64,000 nucleotides of DNA from NCBI GenBank assembly GCA_038740375.1, contig JAVYLW010000006.1, positions 4,516 to 68,515 of the forward strand, in the 5' to 3' direction. Positions 9,435 through 18,105 of the stretch are shown in pieces (position 1 is the first letter of the stretch; each line of letters opens with the position of its first letter). A program made the translations under genes and the position numbers. The stretch comes from Candidatus Pacearchaeota archaeon (GTDB taxonomy: Archaea; Nanobdellota; Nanobdellia; Pacearchaeales; GW2011-AR1). The notes beneath the pieces are model-generated. The model had not been told where the DNA came from and did not search any database. It saw only the letters and a program-made list of their open reading frames with translations.

Positions 9435-9508
9435 AAAAATTTAAGTTACATTAAAATTTAAATAGTCTTTTTTCTTAATTTATATAAAATATACAAAAGA
9501 GATGAATA

Positions 9509-11077
9509 ATGGAAAAAATAGAAATAAATTTAAATCCGACTATTCCTGCATTACCAAAAATAGAAGATAAAACAAAAATAAATGTAAGATATACTCTTAT
9601 ATCTCCTTATGTAAGTGTTCATATATATTGGAATAAAAATTTAGGAGAATTAATATATGAAGTTGAAGAGCCAATTTTAAATAACGAAGAAAAAATTCTT
9701 TTAAACACTCTTGAAGTAAGCTTAGGAGAAATGGTGAATGTAAATGTTTTAATTCAAAAAACTCCTGAAGCAATGATAGAATATATTGACAAGACATCAA
9801 GACTTTTAATTGAAGAATTAGATCTAAAAATTGAAGAAGAAAGTTATAAAAAAATATTTTATTTTTTATTTAGAAACTTTGTTGGATTAAATGAAATAGA
9901 GCCATTAATTAAGGATTATTTTATTGAAGACATTGAATGTAATGGACTTAATACTCCTGTATATATTATTCATAGAATATATAGAAACATGAGAACAAAC
10001 ATAAAATATTATTCTATGGAAGCTTTATCTGCTTTTGTCGAAAAACTTGCTCAAAGATGTGGAAAATACATATCTTATGCAAATCCTCTTCTTGATGGAA
10101 GTTTACCTGATGGATCTAGAGTAAATGCTACATACACTGAAGATATTTCTAGTAAAGGTCCTACATTTACTATAAGAAAATTTACAAAAATACCTTGGAC
10201 TCCTATTCAACTTTTAGATATGAAAACTTTATGTCCTGAAATGTTAGCTTATTTTTGGATATTGCTTGAATATAAATCAAATATATTAATTGCTGGTGGA
10301 ACAGCTTCTGGAAAAACAACATTACTAAATGCTATTGCATTTTTTATTTCTCCTGAATACAGAGTTGTATCAATAGAAGATACTCGAGAGCTAAATTTAC
10401 CTAGAGAAAATTGGCTTCCTTCTGTTGCAAGAACTTCTCTTGGTCAGGGAAGCATAGGAGAAATTGATTTGTTCTCTTTATTAAAAAGTTCTTTTAGACA
10501 AAATCCAGATTATGTAATTGTTGGTGAAGTCAGAGGAAAAGAAGCTTTTGTATTATTTCAAGGTATGGCTTCTGGACATTCCTCTATTTCTACAATGCAC
10601 GCAGATTCTGTAGATACTTTAGTTAAAAGATTAGAAACTCCTCCAATAGAACTTTCTCCGACTTTATTAAACACCTTAGATTGCGTTGCTATAATGACTC
10701 ATACTATGGATTCTAAAGTAGAAGCTAGAAAATTAAGAGAAATTGTAGAAATTGTAAATGTTGCTGATGATGGAACAGCTTTAACTAATACTCCTTTTAT
10801 ATGGAACGCTCGAGAAAATGTTTTTTATTATAAAAATGAAAGTAAAATTTTTGAAAAAATTTGCAGAAGATACGGCTTAACAATGGAAGAACTAAATCGA
10901 GAATTTGAAATTCGTGCAAGATTATTATACGAACTTCAAAAAAGAAGAATACATGATTTTAATCAAACTCAAAAAATTATAAATGAATATCACAAAAATC
11001 CAAAAGCAGTATTAGCTGCATTTGGTTTACTTGAAGAAGAAAACAATCAAAAAATCGAAAGTTCTTCAAAATCTTAA
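9509..11077 (+). CDS. Type II/IV secretion system ATPase (VirB11/TadA/FlaI-like pilus assembly ATPase)
   Basis: Walker A GGTASGKTT, SIEDTREL Asp box, Walker B VIVGEVRG, His box GHSSISTMH. Confidence 0.95.
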   Translation: MEKIEINLNPTIPALPKIEDKTKINVRYTLISPYVSVHIYWNKNLGELIYEVEEPILNNEEKILLNTLEVSLGEMVNVNVLIQKTPEAMIEYIDKTSRLLIEELDLKIEEESYKKIFYFLFRNFVGLNEIEPLIKDYFIEDIECNGLNTPVYIIHRIYRNMRTNIKYYSMEALSAFVEKLAQRCGKYISYANPLLDGSLPDGSRVNATYTEDISSKGPTFTIRKFTKIPWTPIQLLDMKTLCPEMLAYFWILLEYKSNILIAGGTASGKTTLLNAIAFFISPEYRVVSIEDTRELNLPRENWLPSVARTSLGQGSIGEIDLFSLLKSSFRQNPDYVIVGEVRGKEAFVLFQGMASGHSSISTMHADSVDTLVKRLETPPIELSPTLLNTLDCVAIMTHTMDSKVEARKLREIVEIVNVADDGTALTNTPFIWNARENVFYYKNESKIFEKICRRYGLTMEELNREFEIRARLLYELQKRRIHDFNQTQKIINEYHKNPKAVLAAFGLLEEENNQKIESSSKS

Positions 11078-11203
11078 AATTCTTGATTTTAACAAATATC
11101 AAAAAAGAGATGAATAATAAAAAAACTTTCTATTTAAATTTCTAAATCCATAACCTTAATAAACTTATTTTGCATATTTTATTAAAGAAAAAAAGAGAGA
11201 AAC

Positions 11204-11371
11204 ATGATAAGTTCAGAAGAATTACAAATAATTGCACAATTAATTGAAAATTTAGATAATTTAACAAATAGACTTGAAAAAGCATATAATGACAAAGATA
11301 TTGAAAGTTTTAATTCTATTAAAAAAGAAATTCTTGATATTCAAATTAAAATTTCGAACATAATAAAATAA
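11204..11371 (+). CDS. Small helical/coiled-coil protein, 55 aa (not in the ORF track)
   Basis: Manual translation MISSEELQIIAQLIENLDNLTNRLEKAYNDKDIESFNSIKKEILDIQIKISNIIK*; purine-rich RBS-like AGAGAG upstream; ends 6 nt before the TadC-like ATG. Confidence 0.65.
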   Translation: MISSEELQIIAQLIENLDNLTNRLEKAYNDKDIESFNSIKKEILDIQIKISNIIK

Positions 11372-11377
11372 TTTAAA

Positions 11378-12751
11378 ATGAACATAGATGCATTAAGAAA
11401 AAATACTCTTCAAATAAAAGAGATTGTAAGAGAATTATATATTTTTACAGATCAATATGAAAAAATAAAAAAATTAGAAAAAATAGGTAATTTAAAAGTT
11501 AATAAAGAAGAGAAAAAATTATTAGAAGAAGCAATAGATTCATTAACTAACCAGTTAAGGATATTAATTAACTCTGTTCCAAAACTTGTTCAAGGAATTG
11601 GATTTTATAAAAAATTAAAAGATGAAGAAAGTAAATTAGCAGATAAAGATTCAAAAGAAAAATTAGTACAAATAGAATATAATCCTACAGAAACAAATCA
11701 AAAGGTTTCTTTGGTAATAACTGATAAAGATAAAAAAGAATTTCTTGAAAATTTATCAAGGAGTAATTTAACAATATATAAACTCAAGAAAAAATATGCT
11801 ATTAAAGAAAAGCGACCTGATTTTGGAAAACCTAATTTATATGCAAAAATATCAAATCGTTTTTTTAGAGATTTATCGTTAAAGCTTGTTTCTAAAGGTT
11901 ATTTTAATTCCTTAAATAGAGATTTAAGAAAAATGAATTCTCCTTTTGTTGTTAGCACTTATGTTTCAATGATATTTTTTACAACTCTAATCACTTTTTT
12001 TTTGAGTATTTTACTTCTTATAGTTTTATTATTCTATAATATAAGTGTAAATGCTCCTTTTTTAACACCTCCTCCAAGCAGTGATACAATTATCTTAAGA
12101 TTTTTGAAATTTGTATGGTTGATTTTTTTTATTCCAGCAGGAGTAGGATTATTAATGTATTTTTATCCTTCTAGTGAGGCTAAAAATTTAGGAAGTAAAA
12201 TTGATCAAGAATTACCTTTTGTAGCAATACATATGTCTGCAATTGCAACATCAGGAATTGAACCGATAAGTATTTTTAGAATTATATTAAAAACAGAAGA
12301 TTATAAATATACGAATATAGAATTTAGAAAATTAATGAATTTAATTAATTTTCATGGAAAAGACTTTGTAACAGCACTTAAGGAAACTGCCAAATCTTCT
12401 CCTTCAGATAAACTAAAGAATATGCTTGATGGACTTGCAACAACTATTACTTCAGGAGGAAATCTTCATCAGTATCTTGACAAACATGCAGATAGTTTAT
12501 TATTTGACTACAAACTTGAAAGAGAAAAATATACAAAAGCCTCTGAAACTTTTATGAATATATACATAAGCATAGTAATAGCAGCTCCAATGATATTTTT
12601 AATGTTATTTGTAATAATGGGAAGTACTGGTACTTTAATGAATTACATAGGATTGCCTGTAAGTGTTTTGGGATTATTAATTGTATTACTAGTAGGATTT
12701 ATCAATATTTTTTTCCTGTTGTTTTTACAATGGAAACAACCAAAGTTATAA
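11378..12751 (+). CDS. Type II secretion system F family (TadC/FlaJ-like) platform protein with an N-terminal coiled-coil extension
   Basis: IDQELPFVAIHMSAIATSG, FRKLMNLINFHGKDFVTALKE and TTITSGGNL T2SSF motifs; C-terminal TM helices. Confidence 0.9.
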   Translation: MNIDALRKNTLQIKEIVRELYIFTDQYEKIKKLEKIGNLKVNKEEKKLLEEAIDSLTNQLRILINSVPKLVQGIGFYKKLKDEESKLADKDSKEKLVQIEYNPTETNQKVSLVITDKDKKEFLENLSRSNLTIYKLKKKYAIKEKRPDFGKPNLYAKISNRFFRDLSLKLVSKGYFNSLNRDLRKMNSPFVVSTYVSMIFFTTLITFFLSILLLIVLLFYNISVNAPFLTPPPSSDTIILRFLKFVWLIFFIPAGVGLLMYFYPSSEAKNLGSKIDQELPFVAIHMSAIATSGIEPISIFRIILKTEDYKYTNIEFRKLMNLINFHGKDFVTALKETAKSSPSDKLKNMLDGLATTITSGGNLHQYLDKHADSLLFDYKLEREKYTKASETFMNIYISIVIAAPMIFLMLFVIMGSTGTLMNYIGLPVSVLGLLIVLLVGFINIFFLLFLQWKQPKL

Positions 12752-12752
12752 A

Positions 12753-13691
12753 ATGAGAAAAAGATTAAAAAATTTATTACCCATTAAGTTGAATAAAACA
12801 CAAATAATTGGATTAATATTAGCATTAGCAATAACTATTTTATCTTACATTTTTTTAGAAAAAAATAATCCTGATTTATTCTATTTTTTAGTAGGTATTT
12901 CTTTTATAATAGGAGGATTACCTTTTTTTATGATGATTCTAATTGAATCTAAACAAAATGTTGAAAAAGAAGAAATGTTTTTAGAATTTTCAAGAGCACT
13001 TGTTGAAAGTGTAAAAGCTGGAACTCCGATAAGTAAAAGCATTTTTAATATCAAAAATAAAAATTATGGAATATTAAATCCTTACATAGAAAAATTAGCA
13101 AATCAAATTGCATTAGGAATTCCTATTAAAAATTCATTTGAAACTTTTGCAAGAGATGTTAATAGCCCGACTATATCTAGGTCTATAAATATAATAAGTG
13201 AAGCAGAAAAAGCAGGAGGTAAAATTGATGATATTTTAGAATCTGTTGTAAAATCCGTAACTCAAGTAGAAAAATTAAGAAAAGAAAGAAAAGCTGCAAT
13301 GTATACTCTTATTGTACAAGGATATATAATATTCATGATATTTATAGTTATAATGTTAGTAATGCAGTTTAAAATACTTCCTATTGCTGCTGAAATGGGA
13401 CGTTCCATGTCTTCTTCTGGAGGAGATATATCTGTAGGAGGTTCTTTAGGAGGAATATTTGGAGGAAGTGCCATTGCAACACCAGAAGAATTAGTAAGAC
13501 CTTTCCTATGGCTTTTGATTGTTCAAGGATTTTTTGCAGGACTTGTCATTGGAAAATTATCTGAAGGAAGTATGAGGTCTGGATTAAAGCATTCTTTTAT
13601 TTTATTAGTTTTAGCATTAATAATACAGACAGGAGCTAAACTTTTCTTAGGAGGTTCATTGAATGTTGTTGCTAATGCATCTAGCTTATAA
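12753..13691 (+). CDS. Second T2SS-F family (TadC-like) platform protein
   Basis: FSRALVESVKAGTPI, QIALGIPI, EAEKAGGKI, QGFFAGLVIGKLSEG...GLKHS. Confidence 0.9.
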   Translation: MRKRLKNLLPIKLNKTQIIGLILALAITILSYIFLEKNNPDLFYFLVGISFIIGGLPFFMMILIESKQNVEKEEMFLEFSRALVESVKAGTPISKSIFNIKNKNYGILNPYIEKLANQIALGIPIKNSFETFARDVNSPTISRSINIISEAEKAGGKIDDILESVVKSVTQVEKLRKERKAAMYTLIVQGYIIFMIFIVIMLVMQFKILPIAAEMGRSMSSSGGDISVGGSLGGIFGGSAIATPEELVRPFLWLLIVQGFFAGLVIGKLSEGSMRSGLKHSFILLVLALIIQTGAKLFLGGSLNVVANASSL

Positions 13692-13720
13692 TAAATTAAA
13701 ATTATATAAAATGATATCTT

Positions 13721-14401
13721 ATGAAATACAAAAAATCCCAAGGTCATATTGAAGTGATACTCTCATTTTTACTTTTTTTTTCAGCTATTTTTCTTATTTT
13801 TTATTTTATTAATCCACTAGCTAAAGCACAAGATAAAAACCCTGCTATTGACCGAGTTAAAGACATAATATTTAAAAACATAACTTATAATTTTGGAAGA
13901 TTATCTATTATTGCAGATCATGGCAATTGTTTTAATACTGGATCGGGCTGTTGTTATAATCTAACTGAAACACCTTATGAAAATTTAAAATATGTAGAAA
14001 CTACTCCTAATCCATATCAAGAATTAAAAATAGATTTATATTTTTCAGATTATTTTCCAAATAAAATTAATCCTAACGATGTAACAGGAATTAATGCTCC
14101 TTTTTGCAAGAGTAAATATGGAGAGTTTCAAAACGAAAGTATAATATATTATGAAGCATTAAAGTATATTGCTGAAAAAGGCAAAGATAATATTTTCTAT
14201 AGAGAATTAAAAAAGGAACTTGGAATAAACTATGATTTTTCTTTTAATATAACATCGACTGATGGAACTAATATTGATGAATTAAGTTTTGTAAGAAAAA
14301 TTCCTGTGACAATTGAAGTTCAGTCATTAGAAATTCCCATAAGAGTAATAAATAATTCAGGATATGTGAATGAATATAAATTTAATTTGAGAGTATGGTA
14401 A
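13721..14401 (+). CDS. Minor pilin-like protein (class III signal peptide)
   Basis: MKYKKS/QGHIEVILSFLLFFSAIF (Q+1, E+5). Confidence 0.75.
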   Translation: MKYKKSQGHIEVILSFLLFFSAIFLIFYFINPLAKAQDKNPAIDRVKDIIFKNITYNFGRLSIIADHGNCFNTGSGCCYNLTETPYENLKYVETTPNPYQELKIDLYFSDYFPNKINPNDVTGINAPFCKSKYGEFQNESIIYYEALKYIAEKGKDNIFYRELKKELGINYDFSFNITSTDGTNIDELSFVRKIPVTIEVQSLEIPIRVINNSGYVNEYKFNLRVW

Positions 14402-14892
14402 AAATAATAAAAAAAAAGATTTTGATTAATAAAAAAGATAAGAAAGCATGGCTAAGAATAATTGAGGCATTTTTAGCAGTTTTAATAGTATTTTCAGCAA
14501 TAATTATTGTTATAGCAAATAAAGAATCTAGAAATTACTTAGATAAGATAATCTATGAAAAAGAAGAATATATTTTAAACTTAATTCAAAAAAATGAAAC
14601 TTTAAGATCTTATATTATGATAGCAGAAACATGTCCTGGAAATCCTGGTTGTGGTTTTAGCAAAGAAGTTAATGATTCTATATATCCTTTGATTCCAAGA
14701 GCATGGGATTATGGAATTAAAATTTGTGAGCTAGACTATATATGCGTTCCTGATAATGCTCCGTTGAGTGGAAAAGAAGTTTATTATTCAGAAAGATTAT
14801 TTGTATCAAGTATTTCAAATAAAAATCCTTTTAATAATATAGGAGAAATTTATTCTCCAAGAAAAATAGTTTTAGGTATCTGGTCTAAATAA
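14395..14892 (+). CDS. Minor pilin-like protein (class III signal peptide)
   Basis: DKKA/WLRIIEAFLAVLIVFSAIII; C-terminal RKIVLGIW beta-strand parallels the previous gene's KFNLRVW; the genes overlap. Confidence 0.7.
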   Translation: MVKIIKKKILINKKDKKAWLRIIEAFLAVLIVFSAIIIVIANKESRNYLDKIIYEKEEYILNLIQKNETLRSYIMIAETCPGNPGCGFSKEVNDSIYPLIPRAWDYGIKICELDYICVPDNAPLSGKEVYYSERLFVSSISNKNPFNNIGEIYSPRKIVLGIWSK

Positions 14893-14932
14893 AAACCAAA
14901 AAAATTAAAGATATACTTTTTTTAAACAAATT

Positions 14933-15370
14933 ATGGAAAATTTAAATTTTAAGTTTTTAGAACATACAGCTGATAAAAAATTTCAAGCATTTGGAAATTC
15001 TCTTGAAGAATGTTTTATTAATGCAGCTCTTGCATTAAAATCAGTATTTTATGAAAAAGAGGTAAAATCAACTATTGAGAAACAAATAAATATAAAAGGA
15101 ACTGATCTTGAAAACCTGATGGTAAATTTTTTAGAAGAATTATTAGTTTTATTTGAAACCGAAGAATTTTTATTAAGCAGTATAAGTTATTTAAGTATAT
15201 CTTCTACTGGAGGATTAAAAAGAAAAAGTTTTAAATTATTTGCAGTGTTACATGGAGATAGTGCTAAGAATTATAAAATTGAGGGTTCTGTAAAAGCAAT
15301 AACATATTATGATATTTTTGTGAAAAAAGAAAAAGATAAATATATTTGCCAAGTAGTAGTTGATGTGTAA
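14933..15370 (+). CDS. Archease (RtcB activator)
   Basis: FKFLEHTADKKFQAFG start motif and VKAITYY...VVVDV end; adjacent to rtcB. Confidence 0.95.
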   Translation: MENLNFKFLEHTADKKFQAFGNSLEECFINAALALKSVFYEKEVKSTIEKQINIKGTDLENLMVNFLEELLVLFETEEFLLSSISYLSISSTGGLKRKSFKLFAVLHGDSAKNYKIEGSVKAITYYDIFVKKEKDKYICQVVVDV

Positions 15371-15500
15371 TAATATAAATTTAAATTATTTTAAAATTAT
15401 TAAAACATAAAAATTTATTAAATAGAAAACCTTTTAATACAGAAATTAATATAGAAATAATCCAAAAAATTATTTTTAATATAAATATCAATGTTGTTAA

Positions 15501-16913
15501 ATGGTTGATTTAAAAAAAATTAATGATTTTGAATGGGAAATTCCAAAAAAAGGAAATATGAGAGTTCCTGGAAAAATTTTTGCCAGTGAAAAATTAATTT
15601 TAGATATACAAAAAGACAAAGCTTTAGAACAAGTAAAAAACGTTGCATCACTTCCTGGAATTATAAAAGCAAGCATAGCAATGCCTGATTGTCATCAAGG
15701 ATATGGATTTCCAATAGGAGGAGTTGCTGCATTTGATATTGAAACTGGAATTATTTCTCCAGGAGGTGTCGGATATGATATAAATTGTTCTGTTAGACTC
15801 CTTAGAACTAACTTAAAAATTTCAGATATAAATAATAAAAAAGAAGTTATACACTCTCTTTTTAGATATGTTCCTTCAGGAGTTGGAAGAGGCAGTAAAA
15901 TTAATTTAACAAAAAAAGAGTTAGACGAAGTTTTAATTCACGGAGCTCAATGGGCTGTAAAAAAAGGTTATGGAAAAAAAGAAGACTATATTTTCACAGA
16001 AGAAGAAGGAAAAATTTCAGGAGCTAATCCAAATGACGTTTCAGAAAGAGCAAAATCTCGAGGAATAAATCAACTTGGAAGTTTAGGTGCTGGAAATCAT
16101 TTTTTAGAAATTGATATTGTAAGTGAAATTTACAATGAAGGAATAGCTAATATTTTCGGTCTTTCAAAAGAACAAATTATGATAATGGTGCATTGTGGTT
16201 CAAGAGGGTTGGGACATCAAGTTGCTAGTGATTATATAAAATTGATGGAAAACAAATATGGTTTTCCAAAAGAAGATAGAGAACTTGTAAATGCTCCAAT
16301 AAAATCAGAACTTGGGAAAAAATATTTTTCTGCTATGGCATGCAGTGCAAATTTTGCATTTGCAAATAAACAAATAATAACTCATTTTATTAGAGAAGAC
16401 TTAAAACATTATTTCAAAGATTTTAAAGCAGAAGTTTTATACGATGTTTGTCACAATATTGCAAAATTTGAAAAACATAACATTGATGGAAAAGAAAAAG
16501 AAGTTTTGGTAATGAGAAAAGGCGCTACTAGAAGTTTTGGTCCTGGAAGAATTGAAATTCCTGAATATTATAGAAAAGTTGGACAACCTGTTATAATACC
16601 TGGAAGTATGGGAACAGCAAGTTATGTATTAGCTGGAACAAAAAAAGCAGAAGAAATAAGCTTTGGTTCAACTGCTCATGGAGCTGGAAGAGTAGCTTCA
16701 AGAACTTCTGCAAGGCATAATATTCGTGGTGAAGATGTAAAAAAAGAACTTGAGAAAAAAGGAATTGATGTTGAAGCTGGAAGCTTTAAAGGCCTTTCTG
16801 AAGAAGCTCCAGAAGTATATAAAGACATAGACGAAGTTGTTCGCGTCAGCCATGCCGCAGGTATTGGAATTTTAGTTGCAAAACTTAAACCTATAGCTGT
16901 AATGAAGGGATAA
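15501..16913 (+). CDS. rtcB: RNA-splicing ligase RtcB
   Basis: MPDCHQGYGFPIGGV, GVGYDINC, GNHF, HCGSRGLGH, STAHGAGR, EEAPEVYK motifs. Confidence 0.98.
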   Translation: MVDLKKINDFEWEIPKKGNMRVPGKIFASEKLILDIQKDKALEQVKNVASLPGIIKASIAMPDCHQGYGFPIGGVAAFDIETGIISPGGVGYDINCSVRLLRTNLKISDINNKKEVIHSLFRYVPSGVGRGSKINLTKKELDEVLIHGAQWAVKKGYGKKEDYIFTEEEGKISGANPNDVSERAKSRGINQLGSLGAGNHFLEIDIVSEIYNEGIANIFGLSKEQIMIMVHCGSRGLGHQVASDYIKLMENKYGFPKEDRELVNAPIKSELGKKYFSAMACSANFAFANKQIITHFIREDLKHYFKDFKAEVLYDVCHNIAKFEKHNIDGKEKEVLVMRKGATRSFGPGRIEIPEYYRKVGQPVIIPGSMGTASYVLAGTKKAEEISFGSTAHGAGRVASRTSARHNIRGEDVKKELEKKGIDVEAGSFKGLSEEAPEVYKDIDEVVRVSHAAGIGILVAKLKPIAVMKG

Positions 16914-17001
16914 AAATAAATTAAAAAATTAACAATTTAGCATTTATTCAATAAATTTATAAAAAAAAGAGCAATATTTTAAATAATAATTTATAATTGT
17001 A

Positions 17002-17997
17002 ATGAAAGAAAAAAATAAAGATCTTATATTTATCATTATAGGAATTTTTATTCTTATAATTTTTTTAATTGATTTTTTTTTAAAAATTAGAATTTATAGA
17101 AAATATGAATATTTATGGTTCTGTGGCATATCTTTATTACTCCTTGCAATTGGATATATATTAAGAAGTAAAACATTTATATTAAGTTTTTTACCAATAT
17201 CTATTTTAGCACAATCTATATGGATATTAGATTATTATCTTTTATTGTTCAATTTAAAACCTATAACAGATAATTCAAATTACATGTTTAATTATGGGCA
17301 GACTTTTTTAGAATTTTTAATTGGATTAAAACATTTTTTTATTATACCTATGGGATTTATAGGTTTGTTATATATAAAAAAACCTATAAAAAAATATTTT
17401 TGGATAATTTCGATAATAATTGGGTATATTACTTTATTGTTGCCTTTATTTATACCTTATGATAATATAAATTGTGTAAAAAAGAATTGTTTTAATATTA
17501 AAAATAATTTGAACCAAGAAGAAATTTTTTACGATCCTATTCAAAATCAAAAAAATTTTGATGTTTTATACTTCTTTTTTTTAGCTGCATTTTCAACTTT
17601 TTTTGTCCTAAGTGTTGGATTCATAATAAAAAAAATATTAGAAAAAAAAAGATATCAAAAATATATATTATATTTAATAATAATCCTTATTATAATAGGT
17701 TTAACAGGGAGTGTTTTTGGAATAATGAAATATTTTCAAAAACCTCATGTTTATTGTGTAAATAAAAATTCAAATATTTTTTGCGAAAAAATATTTGATA
17801 AAAATGAAACACATTTATTTATAAGATCGCACATTAAAAATAGAATTAAAAAAACATGTGAAATTGAAGTATATGCTAATGATATATTGATATTAAAAGA
17901 AAAAAAAGAGATACTTGAAGATTCTCAAATAATTTATATTTATATAAAAAAACCTTTAACAAATCAAAAAATTGAATTAAAAGATTATTGTTATTAA
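17002..17997 (+). CDS. Multi-pass membrane protein with a C-terminal extracytoplasmic domain, function unknown
   Basis: About 7 hydrophobic segments and a LWFC/QSIW pattern; no diagnostic motif. Confidence 0.6.
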   Translation: MKEKNKDLIFIIIGIFILIIFLIDFFLKIRIYRKYEYLWFCGISLLLLAIGYILRSKTFILSFLPISILAQSIWILDYYLLLFNLKPITDNSNYMFNYGQTFLEFLIGLKHFFIIPMGFIGLLYIKKPIKKYFWIISIIIGYITLLLPLFIPYDNINCVKKNCFNIKNNLNQEEIFYDPIQNQKNFDVLYFFFLAAFSTFFVLSVGFIIKKILEKKRYQKYILYLIIILIIIGLTGSVFGIMKYFQKPHVYCVNKNSNIFCEKIFDKNETHLFIRSHIKNRIKKTCEIEVYANDILILKEKKEILEDSQIIYIYIKKPLTNQKIELKDYCY

Positions 17998-18105
17998 ATT
18001 TATTAATTTTATATTAGTTTTTTAATTAATATTTTATTAACAGATAAAATTTATATTTCTAAATTTTTTAAATAAGTTTATATAATAGTTATTTATTTAA
18101 ATATT

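Noticed and set aside
14933-16913. archease-rtcB pair as a novel RNA-repair system
   Set aside because: A well-known conserved gene pair with no unusual partner genes here.
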